The notes under the pieces: generated by a model
Seen by the model: only the letters and a program-made list of their open reading frames with translations
Database searches by the model: none
Told to the model about the DNA's origin: nothing
In this document: piece after piece, positions 38,012 to 47,969 of the stretch
How positions within the stretch are numbered: position 1 is the first letter of the stretch
How the letters are laid out: each line of letters begins with the position of its first letter
Source of the DNA: Chloroflexota bacterium
GTDB taxonomy: Bacteria > Chloroflexota > Limnocylindria > Limnocylindrales > CSP1-4
Length of the DNA stretch: 64,000 nt
Assembly (NCBI GenBank): GCA_034436555.1
Contig: DAOTUU010000021.1
Location: forward strand, 36,415 to 100,414
Direction of reading: 5' to 3'
Position numbers and translations under genes: made by a program

Positions 38012-38839
38012 ATGACGTCCACCACTGGGCACACGCCGGTCGGACCTGACGGCTGCCACGGGCTGGAGCTGGTGGTGCTGGGGGCGGGGCCGGCCTACTC
38101 CGACATCCCGGGGTCGGCCGGCGCGAGCTATCTCGTGCGTGCCGCCGGCTCGGCGGTGCTGCTCGACCTGGGCCAGGGCGCGTTCCCGGCGCTCGCCCGG
38201 GCGTGTGAGCCGAGCACCCTGGCGGCGGTCCTCATCAGCCACCTCCATCCCGACCACTTCATCGACCTGATCCCGCTGCGCCACTACCTGTGCCGGGCGG
38301 AGTTCCAGCCGTCGCGGCGGGTGCGCGTGCTCGCCCCGGCGGGCCTCGACCGGCGCCTGGACGGGGTGTACGACCAGGCGGGGTTCGCGGCCGCGGCGTT
38401 CGACCTGGAGGGCCCGCCGGATGAGCCGGTCGGCATCGGCCCCGTCCGGGTGCGGTCGGTGCGGGTCCGCCACGCGGGCGACAGCCGGGCCTGGCGCGTC
38501 GCACCGGCATCGGGCGGCGCGGGCGTCGTCTACACCGGGGACGCATCGGACCCCGATGAGCTGCTGGCGCTCCTGGAGCCGGGGGACCTGCTGCTGTCCG
38601 AGGCGACGTTCGGGGTGGGTCCGGTGCCCGCGGGGATGCTCCATCTCGACGGGCCCATGGTGGGCGACCTCGCGGCGCGCAGTCAGGCGGGCTCGGTCGT
38701 GGTCACCCACGTGCGGATGGGCTGTGACCTCGACGCCACGGTCGCCGCGGTGCGCCTTCGATACCCCGGGACCGTGGTGCCCGCGAGGCCCGGCCTGCGG
38801 CTGTCCATCCGGCCCGACGGCACGCCGGTCCTGCCGTGA
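38012..38839 (+). CDS. MBL-fold metallohydrolase (RNase Z/YhfI-like)
   Basis: LGAGPAY, LLDLG.G, SHLHPDH, YTGD, SEAT and THV motifs. Confidence 0.87.
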   Translation: MTSTTGHTPVGPDGCHGLELVVLGAGPAYSDIPGSAGASYLVRAAGSAVLLDLGQGAFPALARACEPSTLAAVLISHLHPDHFIDLIPLRHYLCRAEFQPSRRVRVLAPAGLDRRLDGVYDQAGFAAAAFDLEGPPDEPVGIGPVRVRSVRVRHAGDSRAWRVAPASGGAGVVYTGDASDPDELLALLEPGDLLLSEATFGVGPVPAGMLHLDGPMVGDLAARSQAGSVVVTHVRMGCDLDATVAAVRLRYPGTVVPARPGLRLSIRPDGTPVLP

Positions 38840-39609
38840 TCAGGGTCGGACCCCCGTCGTGCGCCGGTCGGGGCGCGCGGCGCGGGCTGCACCAGCAGGT
38901 GGTCCACCAGCTGGGCCTGGGCATCATCCGGGGCGACCACCGGCCCGGCGACACCCTGTCGCGCGGCGACGACCTCGCCGCCAGCCTGGGCGTCAGCCGC
39001 ACGGTGCTGCGGGAGGCGATGCGCGTCCTCGCGGACAAGGGACTGGTCGAGTCGCGGCCTCGCGCCGGCACGCGCGTGCGGGGGCACGACGCGTGGAACC
39101 TCGTGGATCCCGATGTCATCGCCTGGCGTCGGCAGGCAGGTCCGGACCTGGCCTTCCTGCGCCACATCGCGGAGGTGCGTCTCGTCATCGAGACGGACGC
39201 AGCACGCCTCGCAGCCCAGCGTGCCACTCCTGCGGACCTGGCCCTCATCCGGCACCTCGTCGGGCTGATGGAGCGCGAGTTCCACGACGTGGATCGATAC
39301 AACGCGGTCGACCTGGAGTTGCACGGGGCGATTCTGCGGGCGACCCAGAATCCTCTCCTGGCGCAGCTCACGGACACCCTCGCGGCGGGCCTCGTGGCCA
39401 GCAACGAGATCACCCTCCACGTGCCGGGCGGCCATGGCTACTCGCTGCCGCTGCATCTCGAGATCGTGACGGCCATCGAACAGGGCGACGGCGCGACCGC
39501 GGAGCGGCTCATGGACACGCTCGTCCGCCATGCCCTCCAGGACATCGAGCTGGTGATGACGCCCCGTGACGAGGGTCGTGACGCCGAGGTCGTGACGCCG
39601 AGGCCGTGA
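38836..39609 (+). CDS. GntR family, FadR-subfamily regulator
   Basis: N-terminal wHTH (LGVSRTVLREA...GLVESRPRAGT) and FCD domain (DLELH..I..AT.N). Confidence 0.92.
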   Translation: MIRVGPPSCAGRGARRGLHQQVVHQLGLGIIRGDHRPGDTLSRGDDLAASLGVSRTVLREAMRVLADKGLVESRPRAGTRVRGHDAWNLVDPDVIAWRRQAGPDLAFLRHIAEVRLVIETDAARLAAQRATPADLALIRHLVGLMEREFHDVDRYNAVDLELHGAILRATQNPLLAQLTDTLAAGLVASNEITLHVPGGHGYSLPLHLEIVTAIEQGDGATAERLMDTLVRHALQDIELVMTPRDEGRDAEVVTPRP

Positions 39610-39615
39610 AGCGGG

Positions 39616-39672
39616 TTGACATCGCCGCACCACGGCGGTTACTGTGACCGCACTCTTCATACTTATTGATGA
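39616..39672 (+). promoter_or_regulatory. Sigma70-like promoter and possible FadR operator of the sugar cluster
   Basis: TTGACA (39616-39621), 18-nt spacer, TACTGT (39640-39645), then an AT-rich imperfect palindrome CTCTTCATACTTATTGATGAG. Confidence 0.55.
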
Positions 39673-39691
39673 GGACAAGGAGGAGTCGCAG

Positions 39692-41071
39692 GTGAACAGG
39701 CAGTCCGATGTGCTGACGGCGTCGCTATCCCGTCGGCGATTGCTCCAGGCTGGCGCGGTCGCCGGGGCCGGCATGCTGACCGCCGGCACGTGGGGAGCAC
39801 GCCGGGTCGCCGCCCAGGATCAGCTGGCGCCCGCGGAGCTGGAGGTGTGGTTCCAGGACTGGGGGCCGCTCTACTCCACGTACGAAGCCCTCAAGGCCGC
39901 GGTCGAGACCGCGCAGCCGAACGTCAAGATCAAGCTCACGCCGCTGCCGTACGAGCAGCTCCTGGCCAAGATGATCCCCTCGATCGCCGCCGGCAACGAG
40001 GCGGACATCATGATGGCCTACAGCTCCTGGCTGGTCGCCTCGGACGTCACGTCGCTGTTCACGCCGGTCGCCCCGGGCATCCTCTCTGTGGAGGAGGCGA
40101 ACGCGCTGTTCTATCCCGCTGCGCTCACCGAGGGCCTGCGCGGGGACAACCTGTACTACCTGCCCTTCCTGAACGGGATGGGTGGTGCGACGTTCACATA
40201 CAACGCGGACCACCTCGCGGAGAAGGGCATCGACCCGGCCGCCATCCAGAACTGGCAGGACCTGGTGGACGCGGGCAAGGAGCTCGTCCAGTGGGACGGC
40301 GACAACCTCGTCCGCGCGGGCGTGGCGTTCAGCCCGTACATCTCATCGGCGTGGGTCACCGGCATCGCACAGCTGGGTGGCACCTACTTTGACACGGAGA
40401 CGGGCAAGTTCAACCTCACCAGCCCCGAGGCGCTCGAGGCGCTCAAGAACATCGACGACCTGCTCAAGGTGCACAAGGTCGATGACATCACCAAGGAGGC
40501 GCCTAGCCACGCCAACATGACCGGCTACGGCGCGCCGGACGGGTTCCCCGAGGGCAAGGCGTCGATCACCAACTTCGGCTCCTGGATCGTGTCCGCGGAC
40601 CCGCCGCGCCCCGCCGGACTGAACGCGGGCATCTTCCCCATGCCCCGGATGGGCGATGCGACTGATGACATCGAGCTGAATCACAGCGGCATCCACGTGC
40701 TCTCCCGGCGCCTGGCCGACGACCCCGCCAAGCTGGCCGCCGCACAGTACTTCGTGGGCCTGTTCGCCAATCCCCAGATGTTCCTGCCGCTCGTGGACAT
40801 CTACGGCGGCTCGGTCATCATCCCGTCGGTCGCCCAGGACCCGACGGTCGCGGAGCGCCGCTGGGGCTCCATCCAGCAGCAGTACGACCAGACCGTCTGG
40901 CCGCGCGCCGTGTTCGAGGAGCACCACATCCCCGACTGGAACATCACGGGCGCCTGGTCGTACCTGCTGCGCGTGTTCAAGGACAGCGAGCCGATGGAGA
41001 CCGTCCTGGCGGAGCTGGAGGCGAACGCCAACCAGCTGGAGCAGGACGCCCGGGACAAGCTCGGGCTCTGA
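39692..41071 (+). CDS. Carbohydrate ABC transporter substrate-binding protein with Tat signal
   Basis: SRRRLLQ twin-arginine leader, cluster-1 SBP layout (ADIM, LYYLP, YNAD.L, F.EGKAS); AGGAGG SD upstream. Confidence 0.88.
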   Translation: MNRQSDVLTASLSRRRLLQAGAVAGAGMLTAGTWGARRVAAQDQLAPAELEVWFQDWGPLYSTYEALKAAVETAQPNVKIKLTPLPYEQLLAKMIPSIAAGNEADIMMAYSSWLVASDVTSLFTPVAPGILSVEEANALFYPAALTEGLRGDNLYYLPFLNGMGGATFTYNADHLAEKGIDPAAIQNWQDLVDAGKELVQWDGDNLVRAGVAFSPYISSAWVTGIAQLGGTYFDTETGKFNLTSPEALEALKNIDDLLKVHKVDDITKEAPSHANMTGYGAPDGFPEGKASITNFGSWIVSADPPRPAGLNAGIFPMPRMGDATDDIELNHSGIHVLSRRLADDPAKLAAAQYFVGLFANPQMFLPLVDIYGGSVIIPSVAQDPTVAERRWGSIQQQYDQTVWPRAVFEEHHIPDWNITGAWSYLLRVFKDSEPMETVLAELEANANQLEQDARDKLGL

Positions 41072-41143
41072 GCCGGCTCGGTCATCGATCCGGAGGCCCG
41101 GCTGCCGCGACCGGCGCCGGGCCTCCGCACTTCCTGAGGAACC

Positions 41144-41920
41144 ATGGACCATCGCCCGCTCGCCGGCCGTGTCGCTGTCGTGACCGGTGCCGCCACCGGA
41201 CTGGGGGCGGCCATCTCGGTCGCGCTCGCCGAGGCCGGTGCCGATGTGATGCTCCACCACCGCTCTCACGCCACGGGCGCGGCCGATGTGCGCGCCCGCT
41301 GTGAGGCGCTGGGCGTGCGCGCCGCGACCATCGCCGCCGACTTCGCCGCGGACGCGGGCGAGGCGGCCCGGGTCGTGGACGCGGCCGCGGCGTCCCTGGG
41401 ACGGGTGGACATCCTGGTCAACAACGCCGCGAACGTGGGCGACCTCGTGCCGTTCGACGAGATGTCGCAGGAGACCTTCGAGGGCGTCCTGGCGGTCAAC
41501 GTCACCGCGCCCTTCCTCGCCTCCCAGGCCGCGGCGCGCCACATGGCCCGCCAGGGCACGGGCGGTCGCATCGTGAACATCGGCTCGGTGCACGGGCGCC
41601 AGTCCGCGACGCACCACCAGGCCTACGAGACGAGCAAGGGCGCCATCGGCGCGCTCACGTTCTCGTCCGCGATCGCCCTGGGCCACCTGGGCGTGACCGT
41701 CAACTGCGTGGCCCCCGGCGCGATCGTCGTGGAGCGCTACGCCGACGCGGACTGGGACGAGGACTGGTTCATCAGTCGCACGCCAGTGGGTCGCAACGGG
41801 CGCCCGGACGACATCGCGGGCGTGGTGCGGTTCCTGTGCACGGATGAGGCGGCGTTCATCACCGGCGAGACGATCGTGGTGGATGGCGGCATGACGCGGC
41901 GCATGCCGCTCGTGCCCTAG
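41144..41920 (+). CDS. Classical SDR oxidoreductase
   Basis: TGAATGLG, NNAA, NIGS and YETSK motifs. Confidence 0.9.
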   Translation: MDHRPLAGRVAVVTGAATGLGAAISVALAEAGADVMLHHRSHATGAADVRARCEALGVRAATIAADFAADAGEAARVVDAAAASLGRVDILVNNAANVGDLVPFDEMSQETFEGVLAVNVTAPFLASQAAARHMARQGTGGRIVNIGSVHGRQSATHHQAYETSKGAIGALTFSSAIALGHLGVTVNCVAPGAIVVERYADADWDEDWFISRTPVGRNGRPDDIAGVVRFLCTDEAAFITGETIVVDGGMTRRMPLVP

Positions 41921-41959
41921 GCCGGCGGGGACGCCGGGGAGAGGGAGCTGGGTCGACGG

Positions 41960-43369
41960 ATGGGGTCGCGGGTGTTGAGCGCAGGGGTGGGCCGGGCGGA
42001 CATCACGCCGCCGGTGGGCATGCCCATGGGCGGCTGGTCGAACGCGCTGCACGAACGTTCCGAGGGCAACGACGGCACGCTCACCGCGACCGCGCTGATG
42101 GCCACCGACGGGGACGCCGGAGCGGTCATCTGCGAGCTGGACCTGTGCCTCCTGACCCACGCCCAGGCGGATGCCATCCGCGCCGCCGTGGCCGATGCCG
42201 CCGGGGTGGACGCCGAGGCGGTGCGGGTGACCGCGACCCACAACCACTCGGCGCCGGTGACCGGCGAGCTGACCGGGGCGGGCTGGATGCGCGACGGCCT
42301 GGGGTCGGTGGCGCCGTACATGGCCATGGTCACCGAGCAGCTGGCGGGCGCCGCCCGTGAGGCTCGGCGCGGCCTCCGGCCGGTGAGCGTGGGCCACGGC
42401 CTGGGGAGCTCGCCGCTGGCGGTCAACCGGCGCGTGGGCCTGCCCGACGGGCGGATCCGGGTGGGCCATGCCTGGGACGGTCCGGTCGACCACGGCGTCC
42501 GGGTCGCCCGCCTGGACGCGCCCGGAGGCGATGCGCTGGCCACGATCGTCCACTACTCGGCGCATCCCACGATCACCGCAGGCGGCAACCGGACCATCCA
42601 CGCGGAGTATCCCGGTCCGGTGCGCCAGGTGGTGGAGCGTGCCCTGGGCGGGCGCTGCGTGTTCCTCCAGGGCACGCCCGGTGACATCGGGCCGGTCGAG
42701 ACGTTCGTGGACGAGCTGGAGCCGTATCGCCGGCTGGGCACGATGCTGGGTCACGATGCAGCGGCGACGGCGCTGCGCGCGGGCGCGGACCCTCATCGTC
42801 AGCAGCTCGCGGCGGACCAGGACCCCTCCACCTGGCTCGCCTTCTACGAGTACGCGCCGCCGCCCCTGGGCGACACCACCGTGCGCGTGGAGCGGCGGGT
42901 CGTGCCCATGCCCATCCGGGCGGACGTGGGCGAGCCGGTCGCGCTGCGCGCCGCGCACACGGCCCTCCAGGCGGACCTGTGGCGCGCCATCGAGCGCGGC
43001 GCGTCGGCGTTCGACGTCCGGGAGCTGCGCGTCCAGACGAAGGGCGCGTCCATGCGCGCCGAGCGCGCGGAGGCCCTGGCGGGACGGACGCACTTCCCGC
43101 TCGAGGTCCACGGCACCCGCATCGGCCCGCTCGCGTTCATCGGCGTCCCGGTGGAGCCGTTCATCGAGCTGGGCCGCGCCATCGATGCCGCGTCGCCGTT
43201 CGCGATGACGTTCGTGTCGGGCTACACGAACGGCTACCGCAACTACCTGCCCACGGCCGACGAGTGGCACCGGGGCGGCTACGAGATCGACATCAGCGCG
43301 TTCGCACCGGAAGCCGGGGACCTGTTCGTGGCGACCGCCGTGGATCTGCTCCGGTCGCTCGCCGGCTGA
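41960..43369 (+). CDS. Neutral/alkaline ceramidase-family amidohydrolase
   Basis: GRADITPPVG.PMGG, ATHNHSAP, HYSAHPT, EYPG, FLQGTPGDI, GYTNGY..YLPT and GGYE motifs. Confidence 0.75.
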   Translation: MGSRVLSAGVGRADITPPVGMPMGGWSNALHERSEGNDGTLTATALMATDGDAGAVICELDLCLLTHAQADAIRAAVADAAGVDAEAVRVTATHNHSAPVTGELTGAGWMRDGLGSVAPYMAMVTEQLAGAAREARRGLRPVSVGHGLGSSPLAVNRRVGLPDGRIRVGHAWDGPVDHGVRVARLDAPGGDALATIVHYSAHPTITAGGNRTIHAEYPGPVRQVVERALGGRCVFLQGTPGDIGPVETFVDELEPYRRLGTMLGHDAAATALRAGADPHRQQLAADQDPSTWLAFYEYAPPPLGDTTVRVERRVVPMPIRADVGEPVALRAAHTALQADLWRAIERGASAFDVRELRVQTKGASMRAERAEALAGRTHFPLEVHGTRIGPLAFIGVPVEPFIELGRAIDAASPFAMTFVSGYTNGYRNYLPTADEWHRGGYEIDISAFAPEAGDLFVATAVDLLRSLAG

Positions 43370-43387
43370 TCGCGTGGAGTCCCCCGC

Positions 43388-44353
43388 ATGACCCTCGGCG
43401 GCGAGCCCATCGGCGACGGCGTCGCCTCGGCGGAGCTCGCCCTGGAGCAGACGATCCACACCCGGCCGCGACGACCGCGACCATCGGGGCTGACGCTCGC
43501 GGTCGTCGTCGTGCTGGTCGCGTTCTTCCTGTTCGTCTTCGTCATCCCGCTCATCCAGGCGTTCTGGTACAGCCTCAACACGTACGACATCCTCACCGGG
43601 TCGTCCAAGTTCGTGGGCCTGCGCTACTACGAGCGGCTCCTGGGGGACCCGGAGTTCTGGAACGGCCTGCGGGTCGCCGCCGTGTTCACCGCGACCGTGC
43701 TCATCGCCGGCCTCCTGTTCCAGCTCGCGCTCGCGGTCGTGCTGACCACCCTCCGCGGACACCACCGGACGCTGCTCATCACGCTGTTCTTCCTGCCCGC
43801 GGTGCTGCCCAACATGGCGGTCATCATCATCTGGAAGGCGATGTACCGGGTCGACTTCGGCCTGTTCGACATCACCGCGACCGCGCTCGGTCTCCAGCCG
43901 CTGCCCTGGATGTCCAACGGCACGCTGGCGCTGCTGTCCATCGTCATCCTGACCGTCTGGAAGTTCCTGGGCTACGGCGCGGTCATCTTCATGGCGGGCC
44001 TCAACGAGATCTCCGACGAGCTCTACGAGGCGGCGGCGCTGGACGGGGCGGGCCGGGTGCGCCAGACGTTCGCCATCAGCCTGCCGATGCTCCGGCCGCT
44101 GCTGCTGGTCCAGATCGTGGCCAGCATCATCACCCTGCTCCAGTTCTTCGACCCGTTCTACGCGCTCACCAACGGCGGTCCGTCGGGCGCCACCGAGACG
44201 CTCATCCTGTACATCTACAACACGAGCTTCCTGCGCCAGAACTTCAGCTATGCGGCGGCCATGACCACCGCGCTGTTCCTGATCCTGCTGCTGGTCAGCG
44301 GCGTCCAGCTGTTCCTGGGCCGGCGGCACCTGACCGGCGACGGGGCACGATGA
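43388..44353 (+). CDS. Carbohydrate ABC permease
   Basis: VGLRYY, EAA loop (LYEAAALDGAG) and TNGGP motifs. Confidence 0.93.
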   Translation: MTLGGEPIGDGVASAELALEQTIHTRPRRPRPSGLTLAVVVVLVAFFLFVFVIPLIQAFWYSLNTYDILTGSSKFVGLRYYERLLGDPEFWNGLRVAAVFTATVLIAGLLFQLALAVVLTTLRGHHRTLLITLFFLPAVLPNMAVIIIWKAMYRVDFGLFDITATALGLQPLPWMSNGTLALLSIVILTVWKFLGYGAVIFMAGLNEISDELYEAAALDGAGRVRQTFAISLPMLRPLLLVQIVASIITLLQFFDPFYALTNGGPSGATETLILYIYNTSFLRQNFSYAAAMTTALFLILLLVSGVQLFLGRRHLTGDGAR

Positions 44354-44366
44354 GGAGAGGCGATCG

Positions 44367-45221
44367 ATGACCGTGGAGTCGCGCTCGGCCGGGGGACGCA
44401 TGAGCTGGGGCCGGATGCTCACGCTCGCGGTGACCATCGCGGCGGCCATCCTGGTGCTGGTGCCCATCATCTGGGCGGTCCTGGGGTCGCTCAAGACGGA
44501 GGCCGACTACCGTCAGCTGCCCATCGCCATCCTGCCGCGCCAGGTCTCCTTCGACGCCTATCGCACGGTCCTGAGCGATGGGGACCTGCCGCGCGGCTTC
44601 CTCAACTCCGTGATCGTGGCCACCATCGAGGTGACCGCGGTGCTGCTCACCAGCTCGCTCGCGGGCTACGTGTTCGCGCGCAAGATGTTCTGGGGCAAGG
44701 ACGCCCTGTTCCTGTTCGTGCTGGCGAGCACCATGGTGCCCTTCACGATGCTGCTCATCCCGCTGTACCTCCAGTTCGTGGACATCGGCTTCACGGACAA
44801 CTACCTGGCCATCGTGCTGCCCACCGCGGTGTCCGCATACGGCATCTTCCTGTGTCGCCAGTTCATCCGGGGCATCCCGCGCGACCTGTTCGACGCCGCG
44901 ATGATCGACGGCGCGGGCGACCTGACGGTCTTCCGGGAGATCGTGCTGCCCATCGCGCGGCCGGTCCTGTCCGCGCTCGCGATCTTCACGCTCATCGTGA
45001 GCTTCAACTCGCTCATCTGGCCGCTGGTCATCGTCAACGACGCGGACCTGTTCACGCTGCCCCTGGTGCTCGCCTCCTATGCCCGCCAGGGCGAGGCGAT
45101 CATCTTCACGGAGATCCTCGCGGCGGGGGTGGTCGGGTCGATCCCGCTCGTCGTGGCGTTCCTGGTGCTCCAGCGCAACTTCGTGAAGGGCATCTCCCTC
45201 ACGGGCCTGGGCGGCCACTGA
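44367..45221 (+). CDS. Carbohydrate ABC permease
   Basis: IP.DLFDAAMIDGAG, IVLP...P and QRNFVKG motifs. Confidence 0.93.
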   Translation: MTVESRSAGGRMSWGRMLTLAVTIAAAILVLVPIIWAVLGSLKTEADYRQLPIAILPRQVSFDAYRTVLSDGDLPRGFLNSVIVATIEVTAVLLTSSLAGYVFARKMFWGKDALFLFVLASTMVPFTMLLIPLYLQFVDIGFTDNYLAIVLPTAVSAYGIFLCRQFIRGIPRDLFDAAMIDGAGDLTVFREIVLPIARPVLSALAIFTLIVSFNSLIWPLVIVNDADLFTLPLVLASYARQGEAIIFTEILAAGVVGSIPLVVAFLVLQRNFVKGISLTGLGGH

Positions 45222-45266
45222 GCCACGGCGAACCATGAGCTTGGACGCAGGAATGGGAGGCTGATC

Positions 45267-46310
45267 ATGAAGGACATCGGCATCGGCGTGATCGGGGCCG
45301 GGATGGGGGCCACCCTCGCGCTCGTCAACGAGGTCCCTGCCTCGCGCCTCCAGGTGCGCGCCATCTGCGCAGGATCCGAACACAGCGCTCGCTCGACGGC
45401 CGGGCGCCTGGGGATCGCCCGCTGGACGACGGACTACCGCACGCTGCTCGACGATCGGTCGATCGATGTCATCGGGGTGTTCTCACCGGATCACCTGCAT
45501 GCGGAGCACGCCATCGCCGCGCTGCGGGCGGGCAAGCACGTGCTGTGCACGAAACCGATGACGGCATCGCTGGCGGACGCGCTCGAGGTGGTCCGCGCGG
45601 TGGAGGAGACCGGGCGCTGCTTCATGGTCGGCCAGACCATGCGCTGGGACCCCCAGTTCGCGACCGCCCGACGCGTGCTCCAGGACGGCGAGATCGGGGA
45701 GCTGTGCTGGGCGGAGGCGCACTACGTCCACGACCTGCGGCATGTGTTCGAGGCGACGCCCTGGCGCCTCACCGCTCCCCAGGACCCCCTGTACGGGGGC
45801 CTGTCCCATCCCATCGACCTGCTTCGGTGGCTGCTGGGTGACGTCCGTCGAGTGCACGCGCTCGGGCGACACGGCGTCGTGGAGCCACACAGTCCGATGC
45901 TCGACAACTTCCTCGTGAACCTCGAGTTCGAGAGCGGCGTGATGGCACGCGCGCTGGGCTCCTTCGGCGTGGTTCATCCGCCGATGGCGATGATGGGCCT
46001 GGGTCTCTACGGCTCACGCGCCAGCCTGGTCGCGGAGTACTCCGACCTCAAGGGAGGACGCGTCCAGGTGGTCCAGGACCGGTTCCCGACGCTGCCCACC
46101 GCCGTCATGGACTTCCCTCCCGAGACGAGCGGGGCCTATGGCCATGGGGAGACGGTGCTGCGGATCCTGAGGGAGTTCGAGGAGGTCATCGAGGGTCGGC
46201 GCGCCGCGGATCCCGATGCCCGCGACGCCGCACGGACCATCGCCGTCTGTGCAGCCGTCAACGACTCGATCGCGACCGGGACGACGGTGGACGTCCCACG
46301 CATCGTCTGA
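45267..46310 (+). CDS. Gfo/Idh/MocA family oxidoreductase
   Basis: GVIGAG, SPDHLH, GKHVLCTKP and SHPID motifs. Confidence 0.9.
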   Translation: MKDIGIGVIGAGMGATLALVNEVPASRLQVRAICAGSEHSARSTAGRLGIARWTTDYRTLLDDRSIDVIGVFSPDHLHAEHAIAALRAGKHVLCTKPMTASLADALEVVRAVEETGRCFMVGQTMRWDPQFATARRVLQDGEIGELCWAEAHYVHDLRHVFEATPWRLTAPQDPLYGGLSHPIDLLRWLLGDVRRVHALGRHGVVEPHSPMLDNFLVNLEFESGVMARALGSFGVVHPPMAMMGLGLYGSRASLVAEYSDLKGGRVQVVQDRFPTLPTAVMDFPPETSGAYGHGETVLRILREFEEVIEGRRAADPDARDAARTIAVCAAVNDSIATGTTVDVPRIV

Positions 46311-46312
46311 GG

Positions 46313-47125
46313 ATGGGGAGCGTGATGGAGATGGCCGCCGCCGGCAGATCGTTCGGTGGCCGCGTGGCCATCGTGACGGGTGCCGGACAGGGCATGGGCG
46401 AGGCGTTCGCGCGGGCCCTCGCCGCGGAGGGCGCCCACGTCGCGGTGGCGGAGCTCAACGAGGACACCGGCGCGGCGGTCGCGGCGAGCATCCGCGACGC
46501 CGGCGGATCGGCGGCGGCCTATCGCGTGGACGTCCGGGAGCGGATCGCGATCGCGGAGATGGTGGACGATCTGGTGGCACGCCACGGCCGGATCGACATC
46601 CTCGTGAACAACGCGGGCCTGGCGGCGGGCGGACCGTCGGAGGATGTCACCGACGAGCAGTGGGACCTGGTCTACGGGGTGATGCTCACGGGACTGTTCC
46701 TGTGCAGCCAGGTGGCGGGCCGCGTGATGATCGCCCAGCGACGCGGCGTTATCGTCAACATCTGCTCCATGGCGGGCATCGGCGGATGGGCCAGGCGGGC
46801 GCTCTACACGCCCGCCAAGGCGGCCGCGATCTCGCTCACCCAGGTGCTCGGCGTGGAATGGGCGCGTCACGGCGTGCGGGTCGTGGGCATCAGTCCCGGC
46901 CAGGTGGAGACGCCCCTCAACGAGGTCGTGTTCAAGGCCGGTCTCGCCGACCGCGAGACGTTCACCAACCGAGCCCCCATGCGTCGCTTCGCGAGTCCCG
47001 AGGAGATCGCCCGGGCCGTGCTGTTCCTGGCCAGCGACGCGGCGAGCGGCATCACCGCCGAGACCGTGACCATCGACGGCGGCTGGATCGCATGGGGCGG
47101 AATCGAGGAGCCCATCGGTGTCTGA
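46313..47125 (+). CDS. Classical SDR oxidoreductase
   Basis: TGAGQGMG, NNAG, NICS and YTPAK motifs. Confidence 0.9.
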   Translation: MGSVMEMAAAGRSFGGRVAIVTGAGQGMGEAFARALAAEGAHVAVAELNEDTGAAVAASIRDAGGSAAAYRVDVRERIAIAEMVDDLVARHGRIDILVNNAGLAAGGPSEDVTDEQWDLVYGVMLTGLFLCSQVAGRVMIAQRRGVIVNICSMAGIGGWARRALYTPAKAAAISLTQVLGVEWARHGVRVVGISPGQVETPLNEVVFKAGLADRETFTNRAPMRRFASPEEIARAVLFLASDAASGITAETVTIDGGWIAWGGIEEPIGV

Positions 47126-47969
47126 GCGACGTGACCACCCCATGATCCCGCCGGGAAGCGGCACCCCGTTCACCGTGAGCGGCAGGTCGGCGGGCTATCG
47201 GCCGCCACCCTGGCGGATGCGCGGTCGCGCCCTCGCGCTGTGGTACCGCCTGGCCGACCCGGACGAGGCGCGGCGCCACGTGCCGCGCAGCGTGGACATG
47301 GATCCCGACCCGGTGGTCCGGGCGCGGTTCTGGGACCTGGAGCATGACGCCGGCGCCCCGGTGCACGATGCGGACCGGCCCGCGGACGCGGTCTGGACGC
47401 CCATCCGCGAGGCGGTCGTGGCATTCCCGGTCCGGTACGGCGCGGTCGAGGGGGACCTGCCCACCTACATGTATGCGGACGACCCGATCTACATCGCGAT
47501 GGGCCGGGAGCTGATGGGCTGGCCGGTCCGGGGCGGCGAGATCGAGCTGACCGGGGCACCGGGATCGGTCGCCCAGCCCACATCGCCGACGCCCGGGTCA
47601 CCCATCGTGGCGCGGCTGATCCGCGGCGGACGCGAGGTGATGCGCGCCTCGGTCGCGGTCTCGGGCGACGTGGTCCGCGAATCCCGGCCAGCGCCGCCCC
47701 GCTGGCTCGCCGAGAAGGTCATCGGTCACGTCGACCGGCCGGGTGCGGCAATCGCGCAGCTGGTCGCCACGGGTCCCGCATGGATCGAGCGTCGCGACCG
47801 CTGGGCGGCCACGGGCGCGCTCGCGTTCGGGGAGGCACCCGGCGACGAGCTGGCGATGCTCGCGCCGCGGGAGATCGTGGCCGCGGAGCTGTGGGCGGAC
47901 CTGGACCTGGCCATCGGCTGGGGAGAGGTGCTCGCGGAGCTGGGCGACGAGGTGTACGACCGTGGCTGA
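47118..47969 (+). CDS. Acetoacetate decarboxylase-like superfamily protein
   Basis: YRPPPW.MRG, P.YMYADD.....MGRELMGWP motif typical of the ADC-like fold. Confidence 0.75.
   Translation: MSERRDHPMIPPGSGTPFTVSGRSAGYRPPPWRMRGRALALWYRLADPDEARRHVPRSVDMDPDPVVRARFWDLEHDAGAPVHDADRPADAVWTPIREAVVAFPVRYGAVEGDLPTYMYADDPIYIAMGRELMGWPVRGGEIELTGAPGSVAQPTSPTPGSPIVARLIRGGREVMRASVAVSGDVVRESRPAPPRWLAEKVIGHVDRPGAAIAQLVATGPAWIERRDRWAATGALAFGEAPGDELAMLAPREIVAAELWADLDLAIGWGEVLAELGDEVYDRG

Noticed and set aside
40343-44494. 1383-aa minus-strand ORF, and similar long ORFs at 17051-19906, 29436-31208, 48796-50769, 933-2759 and 9798-11813
   Set aside because: They lie antisense to motif-supported genes, have Arg/Gly/Ala/Pro-rich or shadow composition and no domains. 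Stop-poor antisense frames are expected at this GC content.
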